From contig CM114271.1 in the NCBI GenBank assembly GCA_050084515.1, forward strand, positions 31,124,001 to 31,188,000: a stretch of DNA of 64,000 nt. The letters are read 5' to 3'. The notes beneath the pieces were generated by a model. The model was not told the DNA's origin. It was given only the letters and a program-made list of their open reading frames with translations, and ran no database searches. This DNA comes from Blasia pusilla. Lineage: Eukaryota. The position numbers and the translations under genes are program-made. Shown in pieces: positions 49,967 to 63,489 of this stretch (position 1 is the stretch's first letter; each line of letters opens with the position of its first letter).

Positions 49967-51677
49967 TACATGGTGAAGCAATGGACATAACTTGTGACCG
50001 GAAAGCTTGGGCCGATAACCCGTTGTAACTAGAAATGTTTAGTTGTTGCAATAAAGAAGACATGGATTTGGAGATTCGATGCTTGTATTGTAATTTTGAG
50101 TTTGGTTTGTGCAAGGCAATGAGTAGTTCTTCATATGCTTAGGATGTAAGTCAAGGAGACCAAACAATGAGTATTTGAGGTGAGAGCTTGTATTCAGATA
50201 AGGCATCTAGATCAGGACCAAGTGTTGAAGTACTAGCATTTGGGCTCGCCCTAACGTCGGCGGGGAAGATGAGTCTGTTTTGGGGTTTGTGGTGATCTCA
50301 TTCATGTTGCATGACTTAACTTAGTGATGCGCCTAGGTGGAATACAAGTGACCCAAAAGTAGTACGAGTTGGCTAGGTAGATAGGCGGTTGTTTACAAAT
50401 AGTGAGTGAAGTGTTAGATTGCAGACTTAGTGAGCTTATTTTGATAGTTAGATTAGTTTTGCAGAACAGGTCTAGGCTCATCGAAAAGAAGAAGCTAATA
50501 AGTCTAAGTGCTGCAAGCGACAACCTAAGACTTAAGCCAAAAGAGGAATTGCGGGTTAGTTACCAGAACGCGATTCAGTGTTAAGGGGTCGGCTTCCCAC
50601 AACTTAACATTAATAAGGTTTGCGTTGATGAGGACATCAACCTTCTAAGGAGGGGTGAGTGTCACGACCCTCATAACCAAACGACACCAAATAGGTGCCA
50701 AGCGAAACATCAGAACTCAAAGGAACTCACGCTGCGAGGTTTGCGCTTTGGAGAGGCGTTTGGAAAAGTCTAAGAGACGAAACGTAGAACAAAGTTGTGC
50801 GTTTCATGCGTTAGTGGTCGCGACCAGAAAACCTAGACCAAACGCGAGCCAAGACTTGAGATGAGTTGAGTCTTGGGAGGTTGGTTGCCAAAGAGGTGAG
50901 AACCAGTTTGGAACACGACTAGCGTTTGGGAGAATCTGACTGCGTTTAGGACCATAACGTTGAGCTCCAAGATGAGTTTGGGACAAGTAAGGGCACTTTA
51001 GAAAGCTGATCTTGAGACGCTTTTGACGCACCAAAGATTTTAGCAAACACATAATTACATGCTGAGATATTGGCCGAAAACGATTGAGAGAGCAATCAGG
51101 TTGAGGGCCAATTGGAGAGGCCCGGGTGTCTTTCCCTAAATGTAGGCGGGCCCCGGAGATCCCCAGAAGTACTAGTAAAGGAGGACTCTCTCCGAGATGT
51201 CTCAAGAAATGAATCCCCACTTTGGGCTCCAAACGGCGTTTCAGGGGCACGGGATGGAACGGGAGTTTGGTGTTGGAACTCGAAACCCAAACCTGATCCA
51301 AGGGAGTGGACTTTGTACTCCACACTTGGATTCCACCCCGAGATTCACTTCGTACGAGTCTTGGTGAGGAACTCATTGGATGTCCATCGGACAGTTGGAA
51401 CCGCTAGGCGCGAAACGTCGTTTCAGGTTCTTGAACCGACCAGAAAGTCTGTCCCAAGTCTTTCGAGATTTGCTCGTGTTGTAAACCGCGAAACTAGGAA
51501 GGTTGAGCTTGATGAGAGTCCGAGATGAGAACTCGGAAAGTAATCCCGCTGATTGATCCAAGACCCGACTAACCAAAGTGCGTGTTTGGATGCAGATGAG
51601 CATTGAGACCGTGACCTACTGAACGCACGCTTCCACAACAAACAAGATTAACGTTCAAGGAGAGTAGGCGCACGACA

Positions 51678-53262
51678 AAAAAATCATATGGCAATGCAAA
51701 CTACCTTTGCCTTGTAGCTCGTAGTGGAGCAAATAATATGCAACTCTACCCAAAAGACATGGGCCTGAAAAAATGTATTAAGACAGGAAAGAGTGCATTC
51801 TAATATGGAATAATAGTGCGCACTCAGTTGGAGCATCGTGCCAAGTAAAGTCAGGGTTGAACTTGGCAAGTATAGCTTCAATATCATAAAATTCATTCCA
51901 TCTTGTTGTAGATACTTCATCAGAAGTTAGTGTTAAGAAAAAATGTGGCATGCCCCATTTTTGTACCATAGCCTTTAGATCTTTCAAATGTCTTCTATGC
52001 CATGTAGGGCTTCCTGGGATCTCGGGACTAATTGAATACTTAGAAAGATGGTGATACAAGCTTGCATCACTTAAGCGGGACTTATCTCCATGAAGTCGGT
52101 CTAGTTCCCTACTTAGAACAAATGTTTTTGAGGTAGAGCAGCAGGTGATTGTCTGCCGTATCTGGTACATTAATAGAGCATAAGGCTTAAACAAAGAGAA
52201 TGGACTAAACAGTTGGCGGCTCCGAGCACAATTATAGTTAAATAATGTTGAGCTCCCTTTAAAATAGCCTCCATGGAAGGGGAAGGGGAAGGGGAAGGAT
52301 GCAATCTCTAACGTGAGTTTTGTGTCTATTGAAGCACCATATATATCAGTCAAGAGCTTATCACGTGCAAATGCATTTGCCCTCAGAGATATACTATCAT
52401 TATCAAATATGTCTGTGGAAGCTCGTCTTTGAACAGGTAGGGAGTAGGCAACATCTTGAAGGATATTGAGATCAGGATGGTAAGGATTGTGGCTCATGCT
52501 ATGTGTAACTTGTCCTTTCTCTTGGGAAGCTTTGATTATTCTCTAGACCAATGATTCATGAAGGATAACTATTCCAGATGAAGGATTTGGAAATTCTATA
52601 AGTGTTCTGTAGTCTCTGTATAATGGATTGATTTCAAGGATTATCTTTAGTATCTCTCGCACAGCATGTGGAATAGGAGATTCTCCTGGTATTCTATTTT
52701 TCAGGAGGTTGAAACCAATGAAAGGTGAATCTACTAGAGATGTTATGGTGAAGAATCCCATGTGGAAGCCATTCAATTTCTTTTCTACTCCTAATCTAGA
52801 GTCAACTATGGAGAGGAGCTCAAATTACAGTGGTTCCACATTAAGCAACTGCCTAATGTAAGTTGGAGTCATATACACATTGATTTGTGTACGAGGTCCA
52901 TTTGAGATGCAAGTATCACAGACATGGAAGTGACGTGGATGAGGTACTATGTAATCTCTCATGAATCCATTGCATAATGCATATGACGGACTGGCTGGGT
53001 CTTTCACAACACACATTTTTGTTCGAGGGTTACAAAATTGCATAGCATGGCAATATCCACACCACTACATGTCCTTGATGGTTGATGAGCATATTGCATG
53101 CCACCTACGAAGGTAGGAATCAACGCATGACCAGTCCATGCAATGGGGCTTACATGCAAGCTTTATGAGATGGGAAACCCTCCTACGTACATGCAGCCAG
53201 AGCTCTGATAACCTTCTTCTATTCAGACCTATCATTTGTTTCACTAGGTCCCAATAGAAGTA
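51678..53262 (-). pseudogene. Helitron-like RepHel, N-terminal part with HUH Rep motifs 1 and 2
   Basis: GSPTWHRRHLKDLKAMVQKWGMPHFFLTLT, then after one stop YELQGKGSLHCHMIF (about 51680-51723). The protein continues as LCLHPDD at 41996, on the other side of the retrotransposon. Confidence 0.88.
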
Positions 53263-53905
<643 letters not shown>

Positions 53906-56787
53906 GAACATGCTATATTTGATGGGTTCAAGAGAAGTCGGCCTTGGAATTGGGAGACCTAGAGATAGTGAGAGGTCTTCTAGAGGATGATGTGGAAATT
54001 TTTGAGTCCCCAGCCTCTTCTAACATCCAAATTCTAAAAGAGAAAGACCAATAGCCGACTCTTTTCACAACAATTTTGGACAGGCCCTCTTGCAGGTATT
54101 CACCTCCAAAAGGCATTTGAGGAGTTCTAACTAGAGAAAAACCTTTTCATTAATGAGTAGAGATCTTGAACAAGGAGATGGATGTTCTCAAAGCAAAATT
54201 AGAGGCCAATGAAATGCGGTTGCGGGAGCACAGTCATGTTGCGTAGTTGAAGAAGTCCGCCATTGAAATGAAGATGTTTCTCGTGATGGAGACCATGGAA
54301 TCTTTGATTGTGCAAAGGACAAAGTTGGAGAAGGAGTTAGAAGATATGCAGGAGGAATTATTAGTTTCCATGTCGAAGGCGGAACAACAACAACAATTAC
54401 AGTTTAATACTATGACGGCGAATTCGGAACTGTTGGAGAGTAAATATGTGGAAGCTGACAAAAAGGTTGTTGTCTTGCAGTCCTTACTTACGTGGAATCT
54501 TTGAGTGTCCAAAAGGCAGAGTTGGAGAAGGAGTTAGGAAATGTGCTTGAGGAATTATTAGTTGCCATGTTGAAGGCGAAACAACAACAAGTAGAGCTTG
54601 AAACAATCTAGGCAAATTTGGAACTATTAACGTTGGAGAATAAATATGTGGAAGCTGACAAAATTGATGTTGTCGGACAGACCTGACTACTATTGTACAT
54701 CCTTTCAACAGAAATATGGAAGGCCGGGAAAGAAGGGATGGTGGAGAAACTGAACGAATTGATGTCCATGTCTGCATGCAAGGATGAATACGAAATTCCA
54801 CCATGTCTCAAGTGGGCACAATAAAAATGAGATTGTTGATGGGCTTAGGGCCATCATTTTTTAGAAAGATAGCACCATCTTATGTGCAAGGAAAGAGATG
54901 GAGATCGCAATCTCAAACCAGAAGGCGGCTGAACTTGAGATGGAAAACTGCAAGATGCAAGGTGAAAAGATAGATCGGCTATGGTATATCAAGAAAGTGT
55001 TAGCTTGAACGACGTTATCCCCATGAATCTAGCGACGACCGAGGATGAGTTATCTAAGAGGCAACTCCAAATTGAATCTTTTGAGAGGGAGGTGCAGAAA
55101 GTTGGACGAACATCTACTTAGATTTCTCCCAAAAAAAAAAGGCTATTGGAATTGGTACATTGATCGAGAGCTCACCTGATGTGTGCAATGTTCAGGTAAG
55201 ATGTGCCAACAATGTGCCAACGACTTACCGTAACACGACTAAATATGGAGTTGTGAGCTCTGTGCCGCTCACACAAGGCTTCCTGCCAATGGACATGTGG
55301 CACACCTTTGTGTATCGCTTCCTTCAAATCAATGGCTTCTTGGTCACGGGCAAAAACAGAAAGCAGAAAAACAAGAAAGCGGAAAAATAAGGGCGCACAG
55401 TAGTCGACGGCTGAGTTCAGCTTTCTCACCTGAAGTTCACTTGGAATTTGGGTCGACGACAATAAAAGCAATCCATAGCGCACATACATTCCTTGCTGCA
55501 TGATGCACCAACTTGCTCCCAATCTACTCGAAACGCTTAGCATTACCTTAACCCCCCCAGTTGCAGAGGTCTCACTTCCACAAATATGCCCCATCACGTG
55601 CAACAAAGTAAGGGGTTTTTTAATTATGTCCCTTGGAAGACTTATTAAGTTTTATGGAAGAACAATAGGGTTCAATTTATTCCATGGTGCTCTTAAAAGA
55701 ACAATAGGGTCTTTATATTAGTTGCCCTTCCATGGAAGATGTTCACATAAGATAGGGTTAATACTCACAAAATATTTATAATAAATATTTTTGCATAAAA
55801 TTTAGTTTTATTTATTTCAAATTTAATTTTATATAAAAATTTCCTCCCTAGGTAGAAAATTCTTTGATTCTTTGTAGGGAAATTTAGAGGGGAAAAGAAA
55901 AATTTTTTCTAAATGGTTTCCCCCCTTAACCATTTTCCCAATATTTCTCTCGAGAAGACTTGAACCGGGTTTGGGTTTAGGGGAAAACCTTCCAAGGAAA
56001 AATTAACAGCCGCCACTCGGAAGAGGAGTTTGAAAGCAAGTTGCATGCGGGTTGTAGGGAGGTTTGATGATCGAGCAAACTTCAATCAATCCTCTGTCGA
56101 GTTCTTCTTGAATAGCGGATATGTTGAAAAGCTTTCTTCGATCTGTGGTGACTAACACCTACTTGTGAAGCAACTCAAGACGTCTTTTTTTTCAATTGGC
56201 TCTACATCTTGCGATACTGGAACCTTGGAAGGACGGACTCTGCTTCTTTTGAATCGTTCGTGTATGTTTGTCGTTTCGACTTATAGTTCAAGTTGGCTCA
56301 CCATTGTTTGGCCTTGGTCGGCTTATTGTTAACCACCATCTTGTTTTCAGGCTGATTTAGGTAAGCATGTGACCTCTCTCTCTTTTGATTCACATTTGGT
56401 CGTGGGGGGAATCAAATTTGGTTGTGAAAGAGAGATATTTGCAACCTAGTGCACCCAAAAAAAATCTTCCTCTCCTCGCCATCTCTCCGCTGCAGTCCTG
56501 TGCTTCTCCTCAAAGCCACCATGCATCTACCTCTTGTAATGCCACCATGCGCCAACCTCGGACAAGCACTTAATTGCAGTATTCAGTTGCGCCCATATTT
56601 TTCCAACATAAAATATCCAGTTGAAATCTTAAATCAATGTCGTCTCTTATGGAAATTTTTGTATAGATTGATTAGCGAATCAAATTTTGCAATTTGTTTC
56701 CAATCATATTTTAATTGTTGAACTCTCTAGAAACACTTGAGAATTTTTAACTCCTGTGAGCGTGGTTATTAAGCAAAACTGACTACT

Positions 56788-57453
56788 GTGGCTATTCCAC
56801 ATGAAATATTGCCTATTGTAACTTATGAGGGCAAGATTATCTATAAGTCCACCCTTGTAAATCACTTTTCTTGCAATCCTTTCATGTCAAGGGACAGGCT
56901 AACTCGAATAGCCCAAAAGACATATTACACTACTGGCAAGGGAGAGGAGCGTGATCCCAATTGCCCAACTGATTTGGTTGATTTTGGTAGTGATATCGCA
57001 TTTTTGTTACAATCTATAGCAGACGTTGGCCCTTCCACAAGATCAACAAAGTCAAAGAAAATGAAGGGAAAAAAGACACAACTTGCAATGGAGGCAAGAG
57101 TTGCAAAAAAGAAGTATTGGTTGGGGCGTATCGTGTTTATGATTCAAAAGAATGGTACACATTGGTCAAGATGTCGTAGGGCCTTGCGCTTGATGGGCAT
57201 GTCTGTACCTCCTCCTCTACAGAAGGGAAGCATTTGTCGTGTCATGTGTAATTGGTACAAGTCTTCCGGCCATGGTAATAACAAAACCTTGTTCACTTAT
57301 GATGCAATAGATGCGCAATGGATTGATATTGAAATGGTGATTTCTAATATGAACTTGACAATGAAATCAGGGGTACAAGATACAATATATATATATATAC
57401 TTGATTCAATTGACTTACATGCTTTGACTACATACATTCAGAGTGTGAGTTGA
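56788..57453 (+). CDS. 221-codon ORF of unknown function, probably a C-terminal fragment of a transposon-associated protein
   Basis: Open frame with protein-like composition (IYKSTLVNHFSCNPFMSRDRLTRI, YWLGRI, CNWY). It starts at a GTG codon rather than ATG; no domain could be assigned. Confidence 0.4.
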   Translation: MAIPHEILPIVTYEGKIIYKSTLVNHFSCNPFMSRDRLTRIAQKTYYTTGKGEERDPNCPTDLVDFGSDIAFLLQSIADVGPSTRSTKSKKMKGKKTQLAMEARVAKKKYWLGRIVFMIQKNGTHWSRCRRALRLMGMSVPPPLQKGSICRVMCNWYKSSGHGNNKTLFTYDAIDAQWIDIEMVISNMNLTMKSGVQDTIYIYILDSIDLHALTTYIQSVS

Positions 57454-58232
57454 TCTTGGTGAGTGTTTTTATGTTTGAGACATGTTGGATTCAATATTTT
57501 TGTGGATTGTGCTTAGAGTGTACTTGACACTGTTGAATTGTGAGTAGGTTAGTGGGAGGGATTAGGTTAGGGGGATGATAGATTGGTTGATTGAGCTTCT
57601 TGCTCAATTAGGGGTTGAATCCCCCTCTATCATATCTAAGGACAACATGTTGGATATTAACTTAACTTGGTATTTTTCTTTTCTTTCAAGGCCTTATTTA
57701 TTTCAAGTGATTACTTTACTTAAAGAATTTTAGGGGTACCAAAAATGAAAAATGACTCCTTTAAAGTACATAAGGGTGAGAAAAAAAGATTCACTTATTA
57801 GGGGGTGTAGACCCTAAAACGTCGTAGGTGATGTAGAGCCTTTCATATAGTGGCCCCCTCGAGCCCCCGGTGCAATCCTCCACAACCCTCTGTTCCTCAC
57901 TACTCTTGAGCTCCCAGCCTACAATCCCCGTGCACTATCTCCCGCCACAGCGAGTCGACTCAGAATTGGACCCAAACTTGGGGCCACATCAACACGTTTC
58001 AAAATGCCAAGTCACAATGGACCATGTTCCACTTCAGCATTGTCAAAATTGCCCAGTCATTCTCCTTAGCAGCAAGGGGGGAGGTGGACTTCAACTTATT
58101 TACTTACTAAGAAAGGGTTTGTCTATGGAAAAGCAACATCGATCAATGGCTCTCACCAATCCAGCATATGCGATGAGCTCTAACCCACACTTTTCAATAA
58201 ACTCTAAGGTAAAGAAAATCCCTAGATGACAA

Positions 58233-58578
58233 CCCACACATGAAATAAAAAAATTGAAAACCCTAAAGAAGGTCCCCATTGAGCCCCCATCTTGCCCCCT
58301 CCACCCTCAACAGGGTCCAAAAATCAGGAAACTTTACCCATGGGAGCACCATAACACCAGAAACACAAGAGAATAGAAAAAACTTGAAATAACTCCCCAC
58401 ACATGAAATAAAAAAATTGAAAACCCTAAAGAAGGTCCCCATTGAGCCCCCATCTTGCCCCCTCCACCCTCAACAGGGTCCAAAAATCAGGAAACTTTAC
58501 CCATGGGAGCACCATAACATCAGAAACACAAGAGAATAGAAAAAACTTGAAATAACTCCCCACACATGAAATAAAAAA
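58233..58578. repeat. Tandem duplication, 2 x 163 bp, nearly identical
   Basis: acacatgaaataaaaaa starts at 58236, 58399 and 58562; one substitution noticed (accag / atcag). Confidence 0.92.
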
Positions 58579-60620
58579 TCGTAAGCCCTACAGAAAATAT
58601 CTGATTTTTGGCAAGAGAACAAAGGCTCATAAAGAAAGATCTAAACCGTTGAAACTATGGAGGGGGGTATTTTCAAGGCTTGTGCCAAGTCTCATCACCA
58701 TCCAATGGTTGGAAGAAATGATAGCTCCATGTTAGCGTGAAAATGACATAACCACTAGGAACAATCCTACTTAAAGGCCTCGTCTTCCTTCTTGATCCAC
58801 CATTTTCTCCCCTACCCCCTAACCATGAGTCCAATAATCATGAAACTTATCCGAAACGGGAACCCCAATCCTAGGAACATATGGGAAAATAAAAAATTGG
58901 AAATGACCCCTCACACATGGAATTAGAAACCGTAAACCCTAAATAAGGTTTTTGATTTGGTATTAGCATGGGGGTGAAAATTGGAGGTCTGAGCCGTTGA
59001 AGTTCTAGAGGGATTTCATGATAGAGCTATGGAAAAGATTCATCATCATCCAATGGTGGGAAGAAAATTTATCACCATGTTACCATGAAAATGACGCAAC
59101 AGCTTGGAACAAGACTACTCTAAGTCCTCATCCTTCTTCTTGATCCACCATTTTCTCCCCTACCCCTTAATCATGAGTCCAAAAATCATGAAAATTTTCC
59201 CAAAGGGGCTATCCAGTCCCAGGAATACAGGGGAAAAAAATTGGAAATGATTACTCACACATGGAATTAAAAAACAAAAACCCTAAATAAGGTTGGTGAT
59301 TTTTGGTATTAGCATGGGGGCTTGAATGACAGATCGGAATCATTGAAGTTGTGGAGGGCTTTAATGACAGGGCACTGGAAAATATTTATCACCATCCAAT
59401 GGTGGCAAGAAATGTTATCACCATGTTACCATGAAAACGACACACCGACTTGGAACAAGACTACTCTAAGTCCTTGTCCTCCTTCTTCATCCACCATTTT
59501 CTCCCCGCCCCCTTAAACATGAGTCCAAAAATCATGAAACTTTTTCTAAAGGGACACCCCAACCCCAAAAATACAGGGGGAAATAAAAAATTGGAAATGA
59601 CCCCTCACACAAGGAATTACAAATCGTAAACCCTAAATAAGGGTTTGGATATTTGGTATTAGCATGGGGGCTTAAATAGCAGATCGGAATCATTGAAGTT
59701 GCGGAGGGATTTAATGAAAAGGTTCTGGAAAATATTCATCACCATCCAATGGTGGCAAGAAAAGTTATCACCATGTTACCATGAAAATGACACAACGGCT
59801 TGGAACAAGACTACTCTAAGTCCTCGTCCTCCTTCTTCATCCACCATTTTCTCCCCGCCCCCTCAACCATGAGTCCAAAATCTTGAAACTTTTCCCGAAG
59901 AGGCACCCCAGTCCCAGAAACACAAGGGAAAAGAAAAAATTGGAAATGACCACTCACACGAGGAATTAAAAATCGTGAACCCTAAATAAGGGTTTGGATT
60001 TGTAGTACTAGCATCAATGCTTGAATGGCATATCTGAACCATTGAAGTTGTGGAGGAATTTCATGATAGGGCTATGACAAAGATGCATCACCACCCAACG
60101 GTGGGAAAAAAAGTTATCACCAAGTGATCATGAAAATGACACAACGGCTTGGAACAAGACTACTCTAGGTCCTCGTCCTCCTTCTTCATCATCATTTTTG
60201 CCCCCCAACCATGAGTCCAAAAATCATGAAATGTTTCCCAAAGGGGCACCCCTATCCCAGGAATACACGGGAAAAGAAAAAATTGGAAATGACCACTCAC
60301 ACATGGAATTAAAACCCGTAAACCCTAAATAAGGTTTTTGATTTTTGGTATTAGCATGGGGGCTTAAATGGCAGGTTGGAATCATTGGAATTGTGGAGGC
60401 ATTTAATTCCAAGGATTGTGCCAAGTTTGACCATCATCTAATGGTTGGAAGAAATGTTAAAAACATGTTAACATGAAAATGCCGCAAGAGTCAAAATAAT
60501 CAGACTCAATGCCATCTTCCTCCTGTATGACATCCTGCCTACCCCCCCCTTTTGACTAGGGTCCAAAAATCAAGAATGGTTTTCTAGAGGGGCACCGGTA
60601 CCCAAAGCCGAGGAACCCAT
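58540..60620. repeat. Satellite, about 6 x 350 bp
   Basis: Anchor cacac(a/g).ggaatta recurs at about 58561, 58913, 59257, 59606, 59955 and 60298; units share catccaatggt and accatgaaaatgac, and most carry aaccctaaataag. Confidence 0.9.
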
Positions 60621-60964
60621 GATATATATCCCAACAACATAAAAAAAACTCCTTAACTGAAGCATGGACTACTTAAGCACATTAGTCGTTGTGTATGACT
60701 AGGTATTACTAGACAAGTGAAACAAGTACGACTAGTCTTGACTGAAGGATATTGATAACTGCTTTAGTCATAAGCAGATGACTACGTGAGTTGCATAAAC
60801 ATAATTTTTATGACTAAACCATTTTAGTCATAATTTGAGTCATTCTTTTGAGACACACATCTCTAAGACGCTAAGAGCAAAAAGTTCAGGTGCTCATATG
60901 GCCCTATCGTTAGTCATCTTTTTGTCATCCATATCACAGAAACAAGTCAGAATCTATGACTACA

Positions 60965-61210
60965 TGCTCTATGTACATCTAAGGCACATCCATCGTCTCC
61001 AAGGAATCCTAGTGAAAGGTGGCATCACACATGCCATATGCCATCCTCTCGAACATCCATCACAGACTAGCATAGTGGGTGCACCATGGGCTGAACCATA
61101 CAAGATACATTGCAAGCATGCAAAAACTACTACTAAGCTTGGATCAACGGTACCGTGAATGTTAGGAAGGTGACATGGCGCACAGTTACGCACATATATG
61201 GTCCTTCCAA
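60965..61210 (-). pseudogene. Fragment of a Gypsy integrase C-terminus with PHD finger, homologous to 26870-27110
   Basis: RNCAPCHLPNIHGTVDPSL..CILYG..MLVCDGCSRGWHMACVMPP..WMCLRC. Confidence 0.8.
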
Positions 61211-61639
61211 ACCATACCATTGAGTCCCTCCAAGAAGAGAACAACATATGGCAAAACCTCACACATTCTCAAGATGGTACGCCCCGCACTCACATCCAGC
61301 GTCGTGAGTGCCTTATGATGGAAGCAGACATAGTCTCCCTAATAAAACCTCCGGACAGTAGGTCGGTAATCACCTCGATACTAGAATAAATCCTTGGTTT
61401 TATAACTAGGTTTCATGACTCATATGAGTCATATGTCACCATGAATGACTAGAAATGACTATTTACTCATAGAGACACAAAATTCAAGTCATATCTTCCG
61501 CATAGTTTGAATGACTAGCATGGTTTGTTGACATTGCATGAAAATATGAGTCATATTAACATGACTGCTATATCATATAGATGAGGAGGTAAGTGATTTG
61601 ATGACATGGACTAAATGACAAAAAAATTGTCCAACCATA

Positions 61640-62045
61640 TGCCCCATCTTCCATCTATCTATCCATTTCTCTATCTATTATTTTCGTCCATGTGTTGCAC
61701 CCTCTATTCAGATCCCTTCCATCTTCCATCCGTCATCAACTCCGTTTGTCCATTCTTACTCCATCCATCCATGCGCTCTACCTTCCATCTATCCATGAAC
61801 TCCTTCTCCATCCATTCTTCTTCCTCCAAACTCCATCCATCAACCTTACTCTATCCATTAACCCCTTCTATCCATGCATTCCATCCCCCATCTATTTATG
61901 AACTCCTTCTCTGTCCATCGATCCACCCCATCCATCCATTCTTCTCCCTCCAAACTCCATCCATCAACCTTGCTCCGTCCATGCATTCCATCCCCCATCT
62001 ATTTATGAACTCCGTCTCCGTCCATCCATCCATGCGTCCCACCTT
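61640..62045. repeat. Pyrimidine-rich low-complexity tract (CCATC-rich) with an internal duplication
   Basis: ctccaaactccatccatcaacctt and atgcattcc..ccatctatttatgaactcc each occur twice. Confidence 0.75.
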
Positions 62046-62389
62046 ATATTCATTATCTTGGTTTGCCAAAACATGTCTTGGGCAAGATTCAAACTTGCAC
62101 CACTAGCCCAAAGTGGAGTCTTCTGCTACTAGCCCACACATTATTGTATGTACATATGTAACAAATTCAAATACATATAGATTTTTTTTCTTTTTTGCAT
62201 ATTTTACTTAAAAATGTATGATAATATATGATAATAATTAGATCGTTCATATAATCCAATATGATAGTTTATTGGATCATATTAAGTCTAAAAATAATCT
62301 AATGGTTACAAAAGTTGATCATTTAAAAAAAACCATCAAGTATTAAATAAGAAAATTGGATTTAATTATTGCCGTGCTGATGGGTGGAT

Positions 62390-63120
62390 ATTTCTTGATT
62401 CTAACATTTTAAATTTTTAAATGACAACGTCACAAGATGAAAATGACACTTGAAAGATTTTTCCTGAAAGTCCCCCATTCCTCTTGCTTCCTTCTTTTTT
62501 TATATTTCTCTCCAAAAAGGAATGCATAAATCACGCAACTTTGTCACAATATGTACGTGGGTCTCAAGAACTAGACCAAAAATAAAATCTCAAAATAACC
62601 ATCCAAAGAGGGAATTAAAAATAACGAATTTTAAATTTGCCTTCCCAATACTTGTCTCATCATGTAAACGTAAATAGAAGATCTGAACCGCTCAAAAGAG
62701 AGAAGGTCTTCCCAACATCAAGTCCTCCAATGGTGGAAACAAATGATGTTTCAAGATGACTATGAAAATGCTAAAAACATTTAAAATATTTCCTCTTAAA
62801 GTTCTCCTCTTCCACTTTGCATTGTCTCTTCTATTTTTACCTTTCTCTCCGACGAGTAGTTCATAAATCATGCCATTTGGTCACAATATGAAATTTGGTC
62901 TTAAAATCCAAGCCCAAAACGAAAATATTGAAATGAATTTCCAAAGAGGGAATAAAAAATTCTAAACCCTAAATGTAGTCTCATAATTATGGTTTCATCA
63001 TAGAAGATTAAATGGAAGATTTGATCCGGAGAAGTGCTAGAAGGTCTTACCAAAATCCACTCCTCCAAGTTTCAACTTAATCCAATGGTGGGAACCAATG
63101 ATGCTTCAAGATGAAGAAAA
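62390..63120. repeat. Two diverged units of about 340 bp resembling the 58540-60620 satellite
   Basis: ccaaagagggaat at 62603 and 62941; ccaatggtgg..atgatg..tcaagatga occurs twice. Confidence 0.6.
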
Positions 63121-63489
63121 TACAAAGAATGGTCGTTACATGTCCACTCAAAGACAATGATCATTACCGTTACTGGTATTCCTTATTTATTAGCGTGTCG
63201 CTCAAACAAGCTTAAAGATACAAAATCATTCAAACATTCTCATATCTATTATTTAAGATGAAAGTGAAATTTTAACAAGAAATATGGACGTTTTCCCACC
63301 AAATGGAATTGTAAAGGGAAAATAGATATCTTGATTACAAATCAAAATATTACAAATTTAGTTAAAAATACCTAGAAATTTGGCAGTTGCGCAACAACCC
63401 TAAAGTTCTCAAACGCCATGGCATCACTCTCCGAAACAGCTTAGCCCTAAGAACATGCTTGCATCCATACATCATGGTCATCTAGGTCC

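Larger units (their letters stand above)
41998..51677 (+). mobile_element. Full-length Ty3/Gypsy chromovirus (Galadriel-like by motif resemblance); 5' LTR 41998-44024 (interrupted), 3' LTR 50660-51677
   Basis: TG..CA LTRs; PBS TGGTATCAGAGC at 44027; PPT AAGGAGGGGTGAG ending at 50659; flanks ACAAA / AAAAA (4 of 5). Confidence 0.93.

Noticed and set aside
61615-62106. 163-aa Pro/Ser/His-rich ORF
   Set aside because: Arises from a low-complexity pyrimidine tract that lacks stop codons.
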